From positions 1-24,491 of the IMG/VR virus record IMGVR_UViG_3300021966_000016: a stretch of 24,491 bases of DNA; one strand, written 5' to 3'. The notes under the pieces are model-generated. The model ran no database searches, was not told the DNA's origin, and saw only the letters and a list, made by a program, of their open reading frames with translations. This document shows, in pieces, positions 1 to 8,256 of this stretch. How positions within the stretch are numbered: the stretch's first letter is position 1; every line of letters begins with the position of its first letter. The position numbers and the translations under genes were made by a program. Origin of the DNA: a virus. Taxonomy: Duplodnaviria; Caudoviricetes.

Positions 1-1466
1 AACGAAAAGAAATAATTGAAGACATTACAAATATTTCAATTTATAAGAAGGCTAGCTTGATCGCTAGTGATAAGTATAAAGAAGCTCAAAGTAACTTAGA
101 GAGTACCAAGCAGTCAAAAGAGAAACTTGAATTAAAGGTGGAATCTTTTAAAAGCCAGCGTGAATTAGAGAACAATCAGGAAAGACAACGAAAAGAAAAT
201 ATTGAGTATGCTAAGCAAAGTTATACTGATGCCTTAGACGAGTATAAAAAGTTACAGACAGAACTTGACAAATCAAAAGAGTCGATCGCTGGTGTTCCTA
301 CTAAGATAAGTGATTTAAAGGTGCTACTTAAAACCTTTAAAGAAGAGCAGTATAATCTAGAAAGTCCAAAAGAAACTAATAGTATTCAGCGCAAACTTAA
401 TGTTGAAATGCAGAAGAAGAATACAGCAGTTGAAAGAGCTAAGCGTAGCAAAGCTGATTTAAATAAGTTTGGAAGCCAGTATAAGGAAATAAAGAACGCC
501 AAGCAAGCAACCTGTTTGTACTGTGGTTCACCACTAAATGAAGAGCATAAGAAGAGCGAGTTATCACGGCTTGCTGATGAAGGACGTAAATGCTTAGATA
601 TTATTAATACTGAAAAACAGGTTTATAAGGAAGCCAGCGCAGCCTACTCTAAGCTGGAATTAGAAATTGATAAAATTAATGCGTATAACAGTCAAATTCA
701 ACCTAAAACAATTGAAATAAATAATAAGATTAATAACACACTATCAGAAATTAACTCATTAGAAAAATCAATTGATGCTACAAATATGGTTAAGTCAAAT
801 GTTGAAAGTTCCGCAAGGACTGTAAACACATATAAAGCTAATTTAGAGCGCTTAGAGTCAGAGCCGTCTATTGATACCGAAGGTACTTTAAAAAGCTTAG
901 AAGAGGCAACTAGTAGCCTTAAAGAGTATCAGAGTAAGTTCGATGAAGATACTAGAAAAGTAAAAGTTCTAGATGGAGTAAAGGGTGTGTTCAGTAATAC
1001 TGGTATTAAGAGCTTTGTCCTAGAACAAGTATATCCTGCAATTAATGAAAGCTTAGAAAAGTATATGTCTGTTTTGACAGACGGCTCGATCAGTGCTACT
1101 ATTAGTGCTGTTACCGAAAACAAATCAGGAAATGTTTCTGATAAGATAAACATTAAGGTATTTAGAGACGCTGAATCAACAGATTATGACTCTTTATCTA
1201 GTGGAGAACAACGTAGGTTTGACGTGGCGTTGTCTCTATCTTTGCAAGACTATGTTTCATCAAATTCAGGGATAAACGTTTTATTCTTAGACGAAATATT
1301 TGATAGCTTAGACGCTGTTGGCGTCGATAAGGTCATGACGTTATTAAAGGAAAAATCAAAACAGTATTCTAGCGTATTTGTAATATCACACTCAACAGAG
1401 CTAAAGGATAACTTTGATAATGAGATCAAAGTAGTAAAGACAGAAGCAGGAACTAAAATAGAATAG
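1..1466 (+). CDS. sbcC: SbcC/Rad50-like recombination exonuclease ATPase subunit, 5' truncated by the window
   Basis: Frame is open from base 3 (RKEIIEDITNISIYKK...). Long coiled coil with central CLYC zinc hook, ABC signature LSSGEQRR, Walker B/D-loop LFLDEIFDSLD, H-loop VISH. Confidence 0.93.
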   Translation, partial: RKEIIEDITNISIYKKASLIASDKYKEAQSNLESTKQSKEKLELKVESFKSQRELENNQERQRKENIEYAKQSYTDALDEYKKLQTELDKSKESIAGVPTKISDLKVLLKTFKEEQYNLESPKETNSIQRKLNVEMQKKNTAVERAKRSKADLNKFGSQYKEIKNAKQATCLYCGSPLNEEHKKSELSRLADEGRKCLDIINTEKQVYKEASAAYSKLELEIDKINAYNSQIQPKTIEINNKINNTLSEINSLEKSIDATNMVKSNVESSARTVNTYKANLERLESEPSIDTEGTLKSLEEATSSLKEYQSKFDEDTRKVKVLDGVKGVFSNTGIKSFVLEQVYPAINESLEKYMSVLTDGSISATISAVTENKSGNVSDKINIKVFRDAESTDYDSLSSGEQRRFDVALSLSLQDYVSSNSGINVLFLDEIFDSLDAVGVDKVMTLLKEKSKQYSSVFVISHSTELKDNFDNEIKVVKTEAGTKIE

Positions 1467-1468
1467 AT

Positions 1469-1497
1469 TTGACAACTCCTCAATTGTATGGTAGTAT
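1469..1497 (+). promoter_or_regulatory. sigmaA-type promoter
   Basis: TTGACA(1469-1474), 17 bp spacer, TAGTAT(1492-1497), extended -10 TG at 1489-1490. Confidence 0.8.
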
Positions 1498-1535
1498 TTA
1501 GTTATAATAAATACGAAATTAAATGAGGAGCTTTT

Positions 1536-2255
1536 GTGATGGAAAACAAGCAACCAGACTACAAAGACTCTATGACACAAAGAAAAACGTTGGCGACTGG
1601 AAATCAAACAACAACACAAGCATTTGTTAGTCATGGAGTAGTTTATATAAGTGTGTCAGCAATGACTGTTGGCAGAAAGAGTAAAGAGTATATTCTACCG
1701 GCAAGCGATATTATGTATGTATACCCACTAGAGAACTATATTGGATATTCGTTTAACAATCCATATTCTGATTTACTATTAAAGTTCGATAATCGTCGAA
1801 CACCTGCTAAATTCAAAAAGTATATCAAGGAAAACTATAATGCAGGAAATGTATATTTAAAGAAGCTATATGACTTCGAAAATCAAAGGCCTTATGACGC
1901 TTACAATTTTATATTTGCTCAAAACTCAGCAATTAGTGTTGAGCTAGAGTCACTAGGGTTCAAGTCTTGGTATGGCACTTATAATCAGAATGATGTGCTA
2001 GACAACTTTAGGCTAGTTGATGATATACTTACAACAATGAAAACTAGATTGGTTGACAGAGCATTTAAGGCTGGAAAACTAGCTAAGGTATCTTCTGGTG
2101 ACGAAGAAAAGCTAGATCATATATCACTGTCAATGGCAAATAAGAACGAAATTATACTGTATAACAGGGTTGGTCAAGCTTTAACCATGAACGCTATTAT
2201 GAATAAGACTGTTAGAGCAGAACTTAAATATTTTAATGATGTAAACAAGAAATAG
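1536..2255 (+). CDS. Hypothetical protein; positional candidate for a gp67-like anti-sigma factor
   Basis: 239-aa ORF, RBS GAGGAG at 1525-1530 (GTG 1536 or ATG 1539). Function inferred only from its exonuclease-X-primase position, as in Twort-like phages. Confidence 0.55.
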   Translation: MMENKQPDYKDSMTQRKTLATGNQTTTQAFVSHGVVYISVSAMTVGRKSKEYILPASDIMYVYPLENYIGYSFNNPYSDLLLKFDNRRTPAKFKKYIKENYNAGNVYLKKLYDFENQRPYDAYNFIFAQNSAISVELESLGFKSWYGTYNQNDVLDNFRLVDDILTTMKTRLVDRAFKAGKLAKVSSGDEEKLDHISLSMANKNEIILYNRVGQALTMNAIMNKTVRAELKYFNDVNKK

Positions 2256-2269
2256 CAGGAGGTGATAGC

Positions 2270-3334
2270 ATGGATAAGTTTCAGGCAGCCGTCGTAGACG
2301 CTCTAGGATCTCCTAGCTACCGTGATACAGGTAACGATGTCATAACGCATTGCCCTGTATGTGGTGACGAACATGAAGGAGATAAACTATATATCCAAAA
2401 GAACCAATTCGTGCATTGCTTCGTGTGTGACACTGCGTCTAAAGGTATCATTCAGTTTCTAACTAAATTTATGGGTTTTAGCTATGCTGACGCAAAGTCG
2501 TACAGTAAAGCATATGAGTTAGGAAACTCGGTTACTACAAACTATGAAGAAGACGATAATCTATTCACCGAGCTACTATCTAGTATGGGAGATACTAGCT
2601 ACAATAATAATAATAGTCCTGTGGCAGTAAAGCTTCCAAGCAATGCTAGACCACTTGTAGGTTCTAAAATAACTCCCGGATTAAAAAGAGCGGTAGAGTA
2701 CATAGTTAATCGTGGCGTGACTGAGAGTCAGGCTGTAAAGTTTAATATTATGTATACTGACGGTGATATAGTAACCACTGCAAACGGTAAAAAGCTTAGC
2801 GTTCCTGAATCTATAGTATTTCCAGCATACGACAGTGAAGGTCATCAAATATATTGGAACACAAGAGCTATTCCGGGGAAGTCATTGTTGAAAACAATAA
2901 ATGCTCCCGCTATCAATGGAGTAACGTATTCAACAAGTAATACCGTTTGGAATCTTAACAATATGAAGATTAACTCTGTTGTTACTATTGTTGAAAGCGT
3001 CTTTAATGCGTTAACACTAGAAAGAGCCGGAGTCGGGGCTGTTGCAACGTATGGAAAAGGAATATCAGAAGAGCAGCTAAACATGATAGCAGCCATAAGT
3101 CCAAGAGTTGTAATAGTTTATCTAGATAGTGATGGAATTGATAAAGAGCTTAAATACGCTAAGAAACTTTCGGAGCTAGGTATAAATACTAGATACGTTG
3201 ATAGTCCTTATGGAAGTCTGGACGCTAATGACTTAGGATATGTAAAAGCTAGAGAGGTCGTTACTAAATATTCTTATAAGTATAATTTAGCTAACGCTTT
3301 GATAACAATGAATAAGCACAATATAAAAATTTAA
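2270..3334 (+). CDS. dnaG: DNA primase (DnaG-like, Zn finger plus TOPRIM)
   Basis: N-terminal CPVC...HCFVC zinc ribbon, YIVNRGV, SIVFP, TOPRIM motifs VESVFNAL, YLDSDG and DANDLG. RBS GGAGGTG. Confidence 0.93.
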   Translation: MDKFQAAVVDALGSPSYRDTGNDVITHCPVCGDEHEGDKLYIQKNQFVHCFVCDTASKGIIQFLTKFMGFSYADAKSYSKAYELGNSVTTNYEEDDNLFTELLSSMGDTSYNNNNSPVAVKLPSNARPLVGSKITPGLKRAVEYIVNRGVTESQAVKFNIMYTDGDIVTTANGKKLSVPESIVFPAYDSEGHQIYWNTRAIPGKSLLKTINAPAINGVTYSTSNTVWNLNNMKINSVVTIVESVFNALTLERAGVGAVATYGKGISEEQLNMIAAISPRVVIVYLDSDGIDKELKYAKKLSELGINTRYVDSPYGSLDANDLGYVKAREVVTKYSYKYNLANALITMNKHNIKI

Positions 3335-3352
3335 TAGGTGGAAGAGGTAACT

Positions 3353-4093
3353 ATGGTGATAACATTATCAGGGGTAATAGGTTCTGGGAAATCTACGTTG
3401 GCAACACTACTAGGGGATCAGTTAGGAACTAATGTATACTATGAGTCAGTTGAAGACAATCCAATGCTTCCATTGTTCTATAAAGACCCACAGCGGTACT
3501 CGTTCGAACTTCAAATTTACTTTTTAAGTAAGCGCCTAGATAGTATAATGAGTGCACTTGAAGAAAACAACAGTGTTTTAGACAGAAGTATATATGAAGA
3601 TAGCCTATTTTTCCATACGAACGCAAAGCTAGGCAGAGTAGCAGGAGGGGTAGAAGATTCTAAAGTTCTAGTAAAAATCTATGATGATCTATTAGAACAT
3701 ATGCTCAGAAAGATACACGGAATGCCTAAAATGGCACCAGATTTAATGATAGGCATACATGTTTCATACGAAACTATGGTTAATAGAATAAGTAAGCGCG
3801 GGCGTCCATATGAACAGGTGCAAAACGATGCTGGTCTTAAATCATATTACAAGGAACTTTTGAAGGCTTACGACAAGTTCTTCAATGGTGGATACAATGA
3901 ATCACCAATATATGTAATTGATGGAGATAAGTATGATTTTGTTGGCAACAAGCATGACAGAGAAATTGTAATGGGTGACATATTAGACACTCTAGAATCT
4001 CTGGGAATGGTTTCAGAAGGGTTTTCTTTTGAATCAATAACAGACATTGCCATGCAAGATATGCTAAACAACGTCAAGGATATTATTGTTTAG
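3353..4093 (+). CDS. Deoxynucleoside kinase (dAK/dGK/dCK family)
   Basis: P-loop GVIGSGKST, YYESV..NP.L..FY, LQIYFL, DRSIYED, lid RISKRGRPYE. Start moved to ATG 3353 after RBS AGAGGT. Confidence 0.94.
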   Translation: MVITLSGVIGSGKSTLATLLGDQLGTNVYYESVEDNPMLPLFYKDPQRYSFELQIYFLSKRLDSIMSALEENNSVLDRSIYEDSLFFHTNAKLGRVAGGVEDSKVLVKIYDDLLEHMLRKIHGMPKMAPDLMIGIHVSYETMVNRISKRGRPYEQVQNDAGLKSYYKELLKAYDKFFNGGYNESPIYVIDGDKYDFVGNKHDREIVMGDILDTLESLGMVSEGFSFESITDIAMQDMLNNVKDIIV

Positions 4094-4104
4094 GAGGTGT
4101 TTTA

Positions 4105-4452
4105 TTGAGCGTTGACATACGTAATTTATCAGATATGGACTTTGAATCCTACTATCAACTTAGAAAAGAGCTTGATAGAACTGGAGATAAGCCAAATGAA
4201 GTGATAGGGCAACATGATAATGACCTTGTTACCTTTGATAGCGCCTATAACGTTATTCATAGAATAGCAACGGACATAATGGTAACAAACTCTGGGTTCG
4301 CAAATGTAAATGCAGATATGGTTGGCGTGTTAGTAGAAGCCTTAATGAATAAAGGCATTTTTAATAATGAAGACTATAACTATATCGTCAAGAAGACACA
4401 ATACTATTTAGAATTAGATAAGAAAGAGGCTAAAGATAATGGCATTAAGTAA
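4105..4452 (+). CDS. Hypothetical protein
   Basis: 115 aa, TTG start after strong RBS AGGAGGTG. Confidence 0.8.
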   Translation: MSVDIRNLSDMDFESYYQLRKELDRTGDKPNEVIGQHDNDLVTFDSAYNVIHRIATDIMVTNSGFANVNADMVGVLVEALMNKGIFNNEDYNYIVKKTQYYLELDKKEAKDNGIK

Positions 4453-4804
4453 AAAAGAAATTTTAGACGCATTAAAAATTAGGATGGACGCACCGTTTCT
4501 ATTAGAAAATGATGAAGCTAGGGCTAAAGCTAAGGCAACATTGTTACACAAGCCGACTCTAGGTGAAATTTTAGATACAATTGATATTTTCACGTCACCT
4601 TCAAATAAAGAAGCACAAACCATTAAGCATGACCACGATGTTATCTCATACATCTTAACCCACGACATTAAGATTACTGAGAGTCAGTGGAAAGAAGCAG
4701 AAAAGAAAGTCGATGAAGCAAACAAGAGAGCCGTTGAAAACATTAGGAAGCAGTACGAAGCTAATGGGATCGTGTTTAAGGACACTAAGAAAGCTAAGAA
4801 ATAA
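4439..4804 (+). CDS. Hypothetical protein
   Basis: 121 aa, RBS AAGAGG, overlaps upstream gene by 14 bp. Confidence 0.8.
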   Translation: MALSKKEILDALKIRMDAPFLLENDEARAKAKATLLHKPTLGEILDTIDIFTSPSNKEAQTIKHDHDVISYILTHDIKITESQWKEAEKKVDEANKRAVENIRKQYEANGIVFKDTKKAKK

Positions 4805-4812
4805 TAAATATG

Positions 4813-4848
4813 ATTTGACAAAGCATATCAGAAATGGTATGCTTTTTA
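4813..4848 (+). repeat. 36-bp direct repeat, copy 1
   Basis: ATTTGACAAAGCATATCAGAAATGGTATGCTTTTTA; 35/36 identical to 8198-8233. Confidence 0.95.
4815..4843 (+). promoter_or_regulatory. sigmaA-type promoter (copy 1 of 36-bp repeat)
   Basis: TTGACA(4815-4820), 17 bp, TATGCT(4838-4843), TG at 4835-4836. Confidence 0.8.
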
Positions 4849-4863
4849 CGTGGAGGTGTAAGT

Positions 4864-5751
4864 ATGGAAGAGACAACTAATGTAGTGACACGAGTTTTTG
4901 CAAATAACTTTGCTGGAAACGTTGCTTGGTCAATGCTTGACGCTATTAAGACTAATAATAGTGATGTAATCAATACAAGAGCAAGCTTTCTATCAGATCT
5001 ACACGGTAGGCTAAAAACAAAACGGGTAATGCTTATTGGCTTTAATACGACAAGTAGTTACTCTGTAAAGACACTAGACATTATATCTAAAGAACACAAG
5101 GTTCTAGCAATATCACCATTTGTTGAAGAAGAACGTCTAACTAATAATTTACTAGTTTACTCATCTAATAGCTTTGGCTCCTTTATCAAAAAATTATTAA
5201 AAGTATACAATATGAAGTCAAGTTTAAGTGAAGTGTTTGACGAAATAGCTAACAACAGTATTGATGATAAGAGTGGGTTCTCACGATATGATTCAGTTAG
5301 ATACCTAAATGACGTGATCAACAGTGTAGGTTACGCTAAATTCTCTCAACAGTTAGGAACAGTTGAGCTAGTTATTGATAAACAATACAACAACTGGAAA
5401 GAAACGCATAAATTAAATCCAGAAAGTGGATATGCAGAGTTAAGGAAACTAAATAGCGGTATGCTAGTAGCGTTTTCAAGTAATGAGACAAGCCTAGATG
5501 ACGTCATTATTATGTACGGACAATTTTTAAAAAGTAAAGGCGTTGAATACATCTTTCAGGTAAGTAAGATTGATGTTAGACGCGGGACTACTATACTAAA
5601 GATACGCAGCGTTTCGCCCGAAAAATATGATGAATCCCGCAAAAGTAAAATAGTTAATATGCTAGAACAAACTGGTTTCAGGAATATTGTTTTGTCTAAG
5701 TTTGGGGGATACTGTATAATTGACCTAGATTTTGCAGGTCTATTTGACTAA
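4864..5751 (+). CDS. Hypothetical protein (possible degenerate DHH/DHHA1-like fold, weak)
   Basis: True start likely ATG 4864 after GGAGGT (4852-4857); the ORF-track start lies inside the promoter. C-terminal LKIRS...GG pattern only loosely recalls DHHA1, and no DHH triad is visible. Confidence 0.7.
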   Translation: MEETTNVVTRVFANNFAGNVAWSMLDAIKTNNSDVINTRASFLSDLHGRLKTKRVMLIGFNTTSSYSVKTLDIISKEHKVLAISPFVEEERLTNNLLVYSSNSFGSFIKKLLKVYNMKSSLSEVFDEIANNSIDDKSGFSRYDSVRYLNDVINSVGYAKFSQQLGTVELVIDKQYNNWKETHKLNPESGYAELRKLNSGMLVAFSSNETSLDDVIIMYGQFLKSKGVEYIFQVSKIDVRRGTTILKIRSVSPEKYDESRKSKIVNMLEQTGFRNIVLSKFGGYCIIDLDFAGLFD

Positions 5752-5772
5752 TGCTAAATAATGTGTTAATAT
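5744..5772 (+). promoter_or_regulatory. sigmaA-type promoter
   Basis: TTGACT(5744-5749), 17 bp, TAATAT(5767-5772), TG at 5764-5765. Confidence 0.7.
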
Positions 5773-5827
5773 GTAGACATGAAGGTTCATAAAACAGTAA
5801 ATAACAAATAGAAGGTAGGACAACATT

Positions 5828-7132
5828 TTGGATAAAGACAATCTTAGTGAAAATAAGAAGTTAGTTGCAATTTCAGCGCTAATTGGGTTAAGTTCAGTAG
5901 AACAAGGTAATCGTATTACCTTAGCATACATTAATCGTGGGCTTAACAGCTTAGGGTTAGAACGTATTAGTAAAGACGAACTACTTGACGCATTAAAAGA
6001 AGCAGAAAATAGTGAAGAGCTTTCAAACATTGTTCATAGTGTCGCTTCTGGAGATAAGAAGGTTGCTGACATCGTAAATGGCGAGGACAAGGACTTAGAA
6101 ATTGTAACCCCAGCGATTATCAACAGCTTTTCTTTAAAGGAAAGCCAGCGGGAGTTTAATAAAAACCTAAAAGAAGCAGCGTATAGCAAGCAACTGTATA
6201 ATAGGGTATTAGAAAAGCTATCTTCACTTCTTAAAGACCCAGACGCTTTTAATTTTCCAAAGGCAACTACTAGTTCAGATAGTTCAGACGATAAGGCCTT
6301 AATTCTAAACTTGTCAGATATTCATCTAGGAGAAAAGGACAATGTTTCTGCACAAGGTAATAAGAACGTATATGACGAAACGATCGCCGGTAAGCGTCTT
6401 AGAGACTATGTAGAAGCTTCTGTAAAAGAGGCCAAGAAGCATGGCGTTGAACATGTAGTAGTAGTAAATGTTGGTGATATTATTAATAATGTTTACATGC
6501 ACCCAAATCAAATGAACTATGTAACTATGAATGTTGCTAGTCAAACGGCTAGTGCCGTAAGAATGGTTACAAGCTTACTATTAATGTTACAATCAGAGTT
6601 TCCAAGAGTAAGCTTTGGTTCAATTGCAGGCAATCATGATAGGTCAGAAGGGGCCAATAAGGCCGCGAATATTGCAGGTGATAGTGTAAGCCATTTAATT
6701 GTTGATATGATTAAGCTAGAAAAAGAACATGGTATGTTTCCAAATGTTAACTTAATAAATAACGAAGATAACGACGAATCAGAAATTGACATTGAAGTGT
6801 GTGGTCAGCGACTGGTGTTTACCCATGGTGAGAAGATAAAGCGTACTGCAAAGGATAATGGAACCAAGTTCCAAGGTCAAGGAAAGCACGTTGATTTTCT
6901 AGTTTACGCACATTATCATTCGTTCTCTCTAGTAGAAATAAATGGAACGATTGAGATCGGTCTACCAGCTCTTAAGGGGTTTGACCAGTATCCAAAGACT
7001 ATTGGACTAGAAGCATCTACGGCAGGTCAAGTAAGCTTTATTATTGATAGTGAAAAGAACCTAGACATGATTCCCTATTTCTTCTTTAACAAAGACGGTA
7101 GCACTCAGAAGTCAACTACTGTCAAGATTTAG
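5828..7132 (+). CDS. Calcineurin-like metallophosphoesterase
   Basis: All five motifs present: LSDIHLG, VGDII, AGNHDR, THG, AHYH. Helical N-terminal extension of about 150 aa. TTG start. Confidence 0.9.
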   Translation: MDKDNLSENKKLVAISALIGLSSVEQGNRITLAYINRGLNSLGLERISKDELLDALKEAENSEELSNIVHSVASGDKKVADIVNGEDKDLEIVTPAIINSFSLKESQREFNKNLKEAAYSKQLYNRVLEKLSSLLKDPDAFNFPKATTSSDSSDDKALILNLSDIHLGEKDNVSAQGNKNVYDETIAGKRLRDYVEASVKEAKKHGVEHVVVVNVGDIINNVYMHPNQMNYVTMNVASQTASAVRMVTSLLLMLQSEFPRVSFGSIAGNHDRSEGANKAANIAGDSVSHLIVDMIKLEKEHGMFPNVNLINNEDNDESEIDIEVCGQRLVFTHGEKIKRTAKDNGTKFQGQGKHVDFLVYAHYHSFSLVEINGTIEIGLPALKGFDQYPKTIGLEASTAGQVSFIIDSEKNLDMIPYFFFNKDGSTQKSTTVKI

Positions 7133-7143
7133 GGGGTAATACT

Positions 7144-7752
7144 ATTAACGGTAAAAATAGACACGTTAAGGGATCTTCTTATGAGCGTAACATCGCTAAG
7201 AAGTTATCAGAATGGTCTGGAGTTAAAGTTAACCGGACGTTTGCAAGTGGTGCGAGCGGTGGAAACTTTAGTAACGAAACTAGAACTACCGGAGACCTAT
7301 TTTTTCCAGTCGGGTATAAGAACTGTTTCTCAATAGAGTTAAAGAACCATGCTAGTTTTAACATTAGGCAACTATTTCTTAATGGTTCCGTTTTAAAAAT
7401 ATTCTTATCCCAGAACGTGGAAGATGCTGACAGGTTAGACGGTAAACTGCCTATGCTTATTATGCACGTTAATAGAGAAGACGACTATGTTGTGCTACCT
7501 TACCATGCTAGTTTTGAAAAGTTCATCGTTGAAAACAAGTTACCATATTTCAGGAAAACAGTTTTTAGTGATGAAAAGCGTACTGGCAAAACAACTAGTT
7601 TTGACGCAATTATAACTAATCTTTCAAGCTTTACTAAGGTTAAGCCAGATACTATGTTTTCGTGGTATTCAGAGATAAAAGATTATAAGAAGGTCAGCAA
7701 GTCAACTATTAAACAGAGTAGCATAGATAAACTGGTTGGTGATCTAGAATGA
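7144..7752 (+). CDS. Holliday junction resolvase (Hjc-like PD-(D/E)XK), probable ATT start
   Basis: Frame of ORF 7417..7752 is open back to TAG 7099 and reads INGKNRHVKGSSYERNIAKKLSEWSG...SG...GDLFFP...IELKN, the Hjc-type KG..YER / GD / ExK motifs. RBS AGGGGGT at 7131-7137, 6 nt before ATT 7144. Confidence 0.85.
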   Translation: MNGKNRHVKGSSYERNIAKKLSEWSGVKVNRTFASGASGGNFSNETRTTGDLFFPVGYKNCFSIELKNHASFNIRQLFLNGSVLKIFLSQNVEDADRLDGKLPMLIMHVNREDDYVVLPYHASFEKFIVENKLPYFRKTVFSDEKRTGKTTSFDAIITNLSSFTKVKPDTMFSWYSEIKDYKKVSKSTIKQSSIDKLVGDLE

Positions 7753-8195
7753 AACGAGGTCATAACACCATTAAGGGTGTTCCAGTTAGTTATAACCTAG
7801 ACGATATAGCTGAGACAGTTAAATACTTATATGAAGAAGAAACTGGCAAAAGAATAAGTTATAAAGACGTGCGTTTAATATCTAAATTGTTTACTGAATC
7901 AATTTATGATGAGCTTACTAAACATGGAGACAAAGACAACACTTTGGTTTCAATAAAGCTAGGAAAACTAGGTAAGATAACTCGTGATATAGCTATGGAA
8001 CGATATATTAGCAATAACATCGAGTCCTTTAAAAAGAATAGTGGCAAGGTTGTAGCGCCTAAAAGATATGTAGTTAGGTTTAAAGTTGGTAGTAACTTAG
8101 CTAGTAAAGTTAATGTATATGCAAAGAAACCTAATGGCAGTTACGACTATGGAAAGTTTAATAATGTTAGTAAGGATAGCAAACTATTTAAGTGA
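7749..8195 (+). CDS. HU/IHF-like DNA-binding protein
   Basis: Helical N-terminus, IKLGKLGKI, and V.PKRYVVRFKVGSNL arm typical of HU/IHF. ATGA overlap with the resolvase; sits just before the polymerase. Confidence 0.75.
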   Translation: MKRGHNTIKGVPVSYNLDDIAETVKYLYEEETGKRISYKDVRLISKLFTESIYDELTKHGDKDNTLVSIKLGKLGKITRDIAMERYISNNIESFKKNSGKVVAPKRYVVRFKVGSNLASKVNVYAKKPNGSYDYGKFNNVSKDSKLFK

Positions 8196-8197
8196 GC

Positions 8198-8233
8198 ATT
8201 TGACAAAGCGTATCAGAAATGGTATGCTTTTTA
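8198..8233 (+). repeat. 36-bp direct repeat, copy 2
   Basis: ATTTGACAAAGCGTATCAGAAATGGTATGCTTTTTA; single difference G8210 versus A4825. Confidence 0.95.
8200..8228 (+). promoter_or_regulatory. sigmaA-type promoter of DNA polymerase gene
   Basis: TTGACA(8200-8205), 17 bp, TATGCT(8223-8228), extended TG. Confidence 0.8.
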
Positions 8234-8256
8234 TATTGAAAAGTGGAGGTAATGCT

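Noticed and set aside
7110-7146. -1 frameshift fusing the metallophosphoesterase to the resolvase
   Set aside because: The frames would allow it, but there is no slippery heptamer, and a well-spaced RBS plus ATT is simpler.
8113-8256. N-terminal extension of the polymerase in the ORF track (likewise 4834-4863 and 21868-21924)
   Set aside because: These extensions run through promoters and RBSs; downstream starts have much better RBSs.
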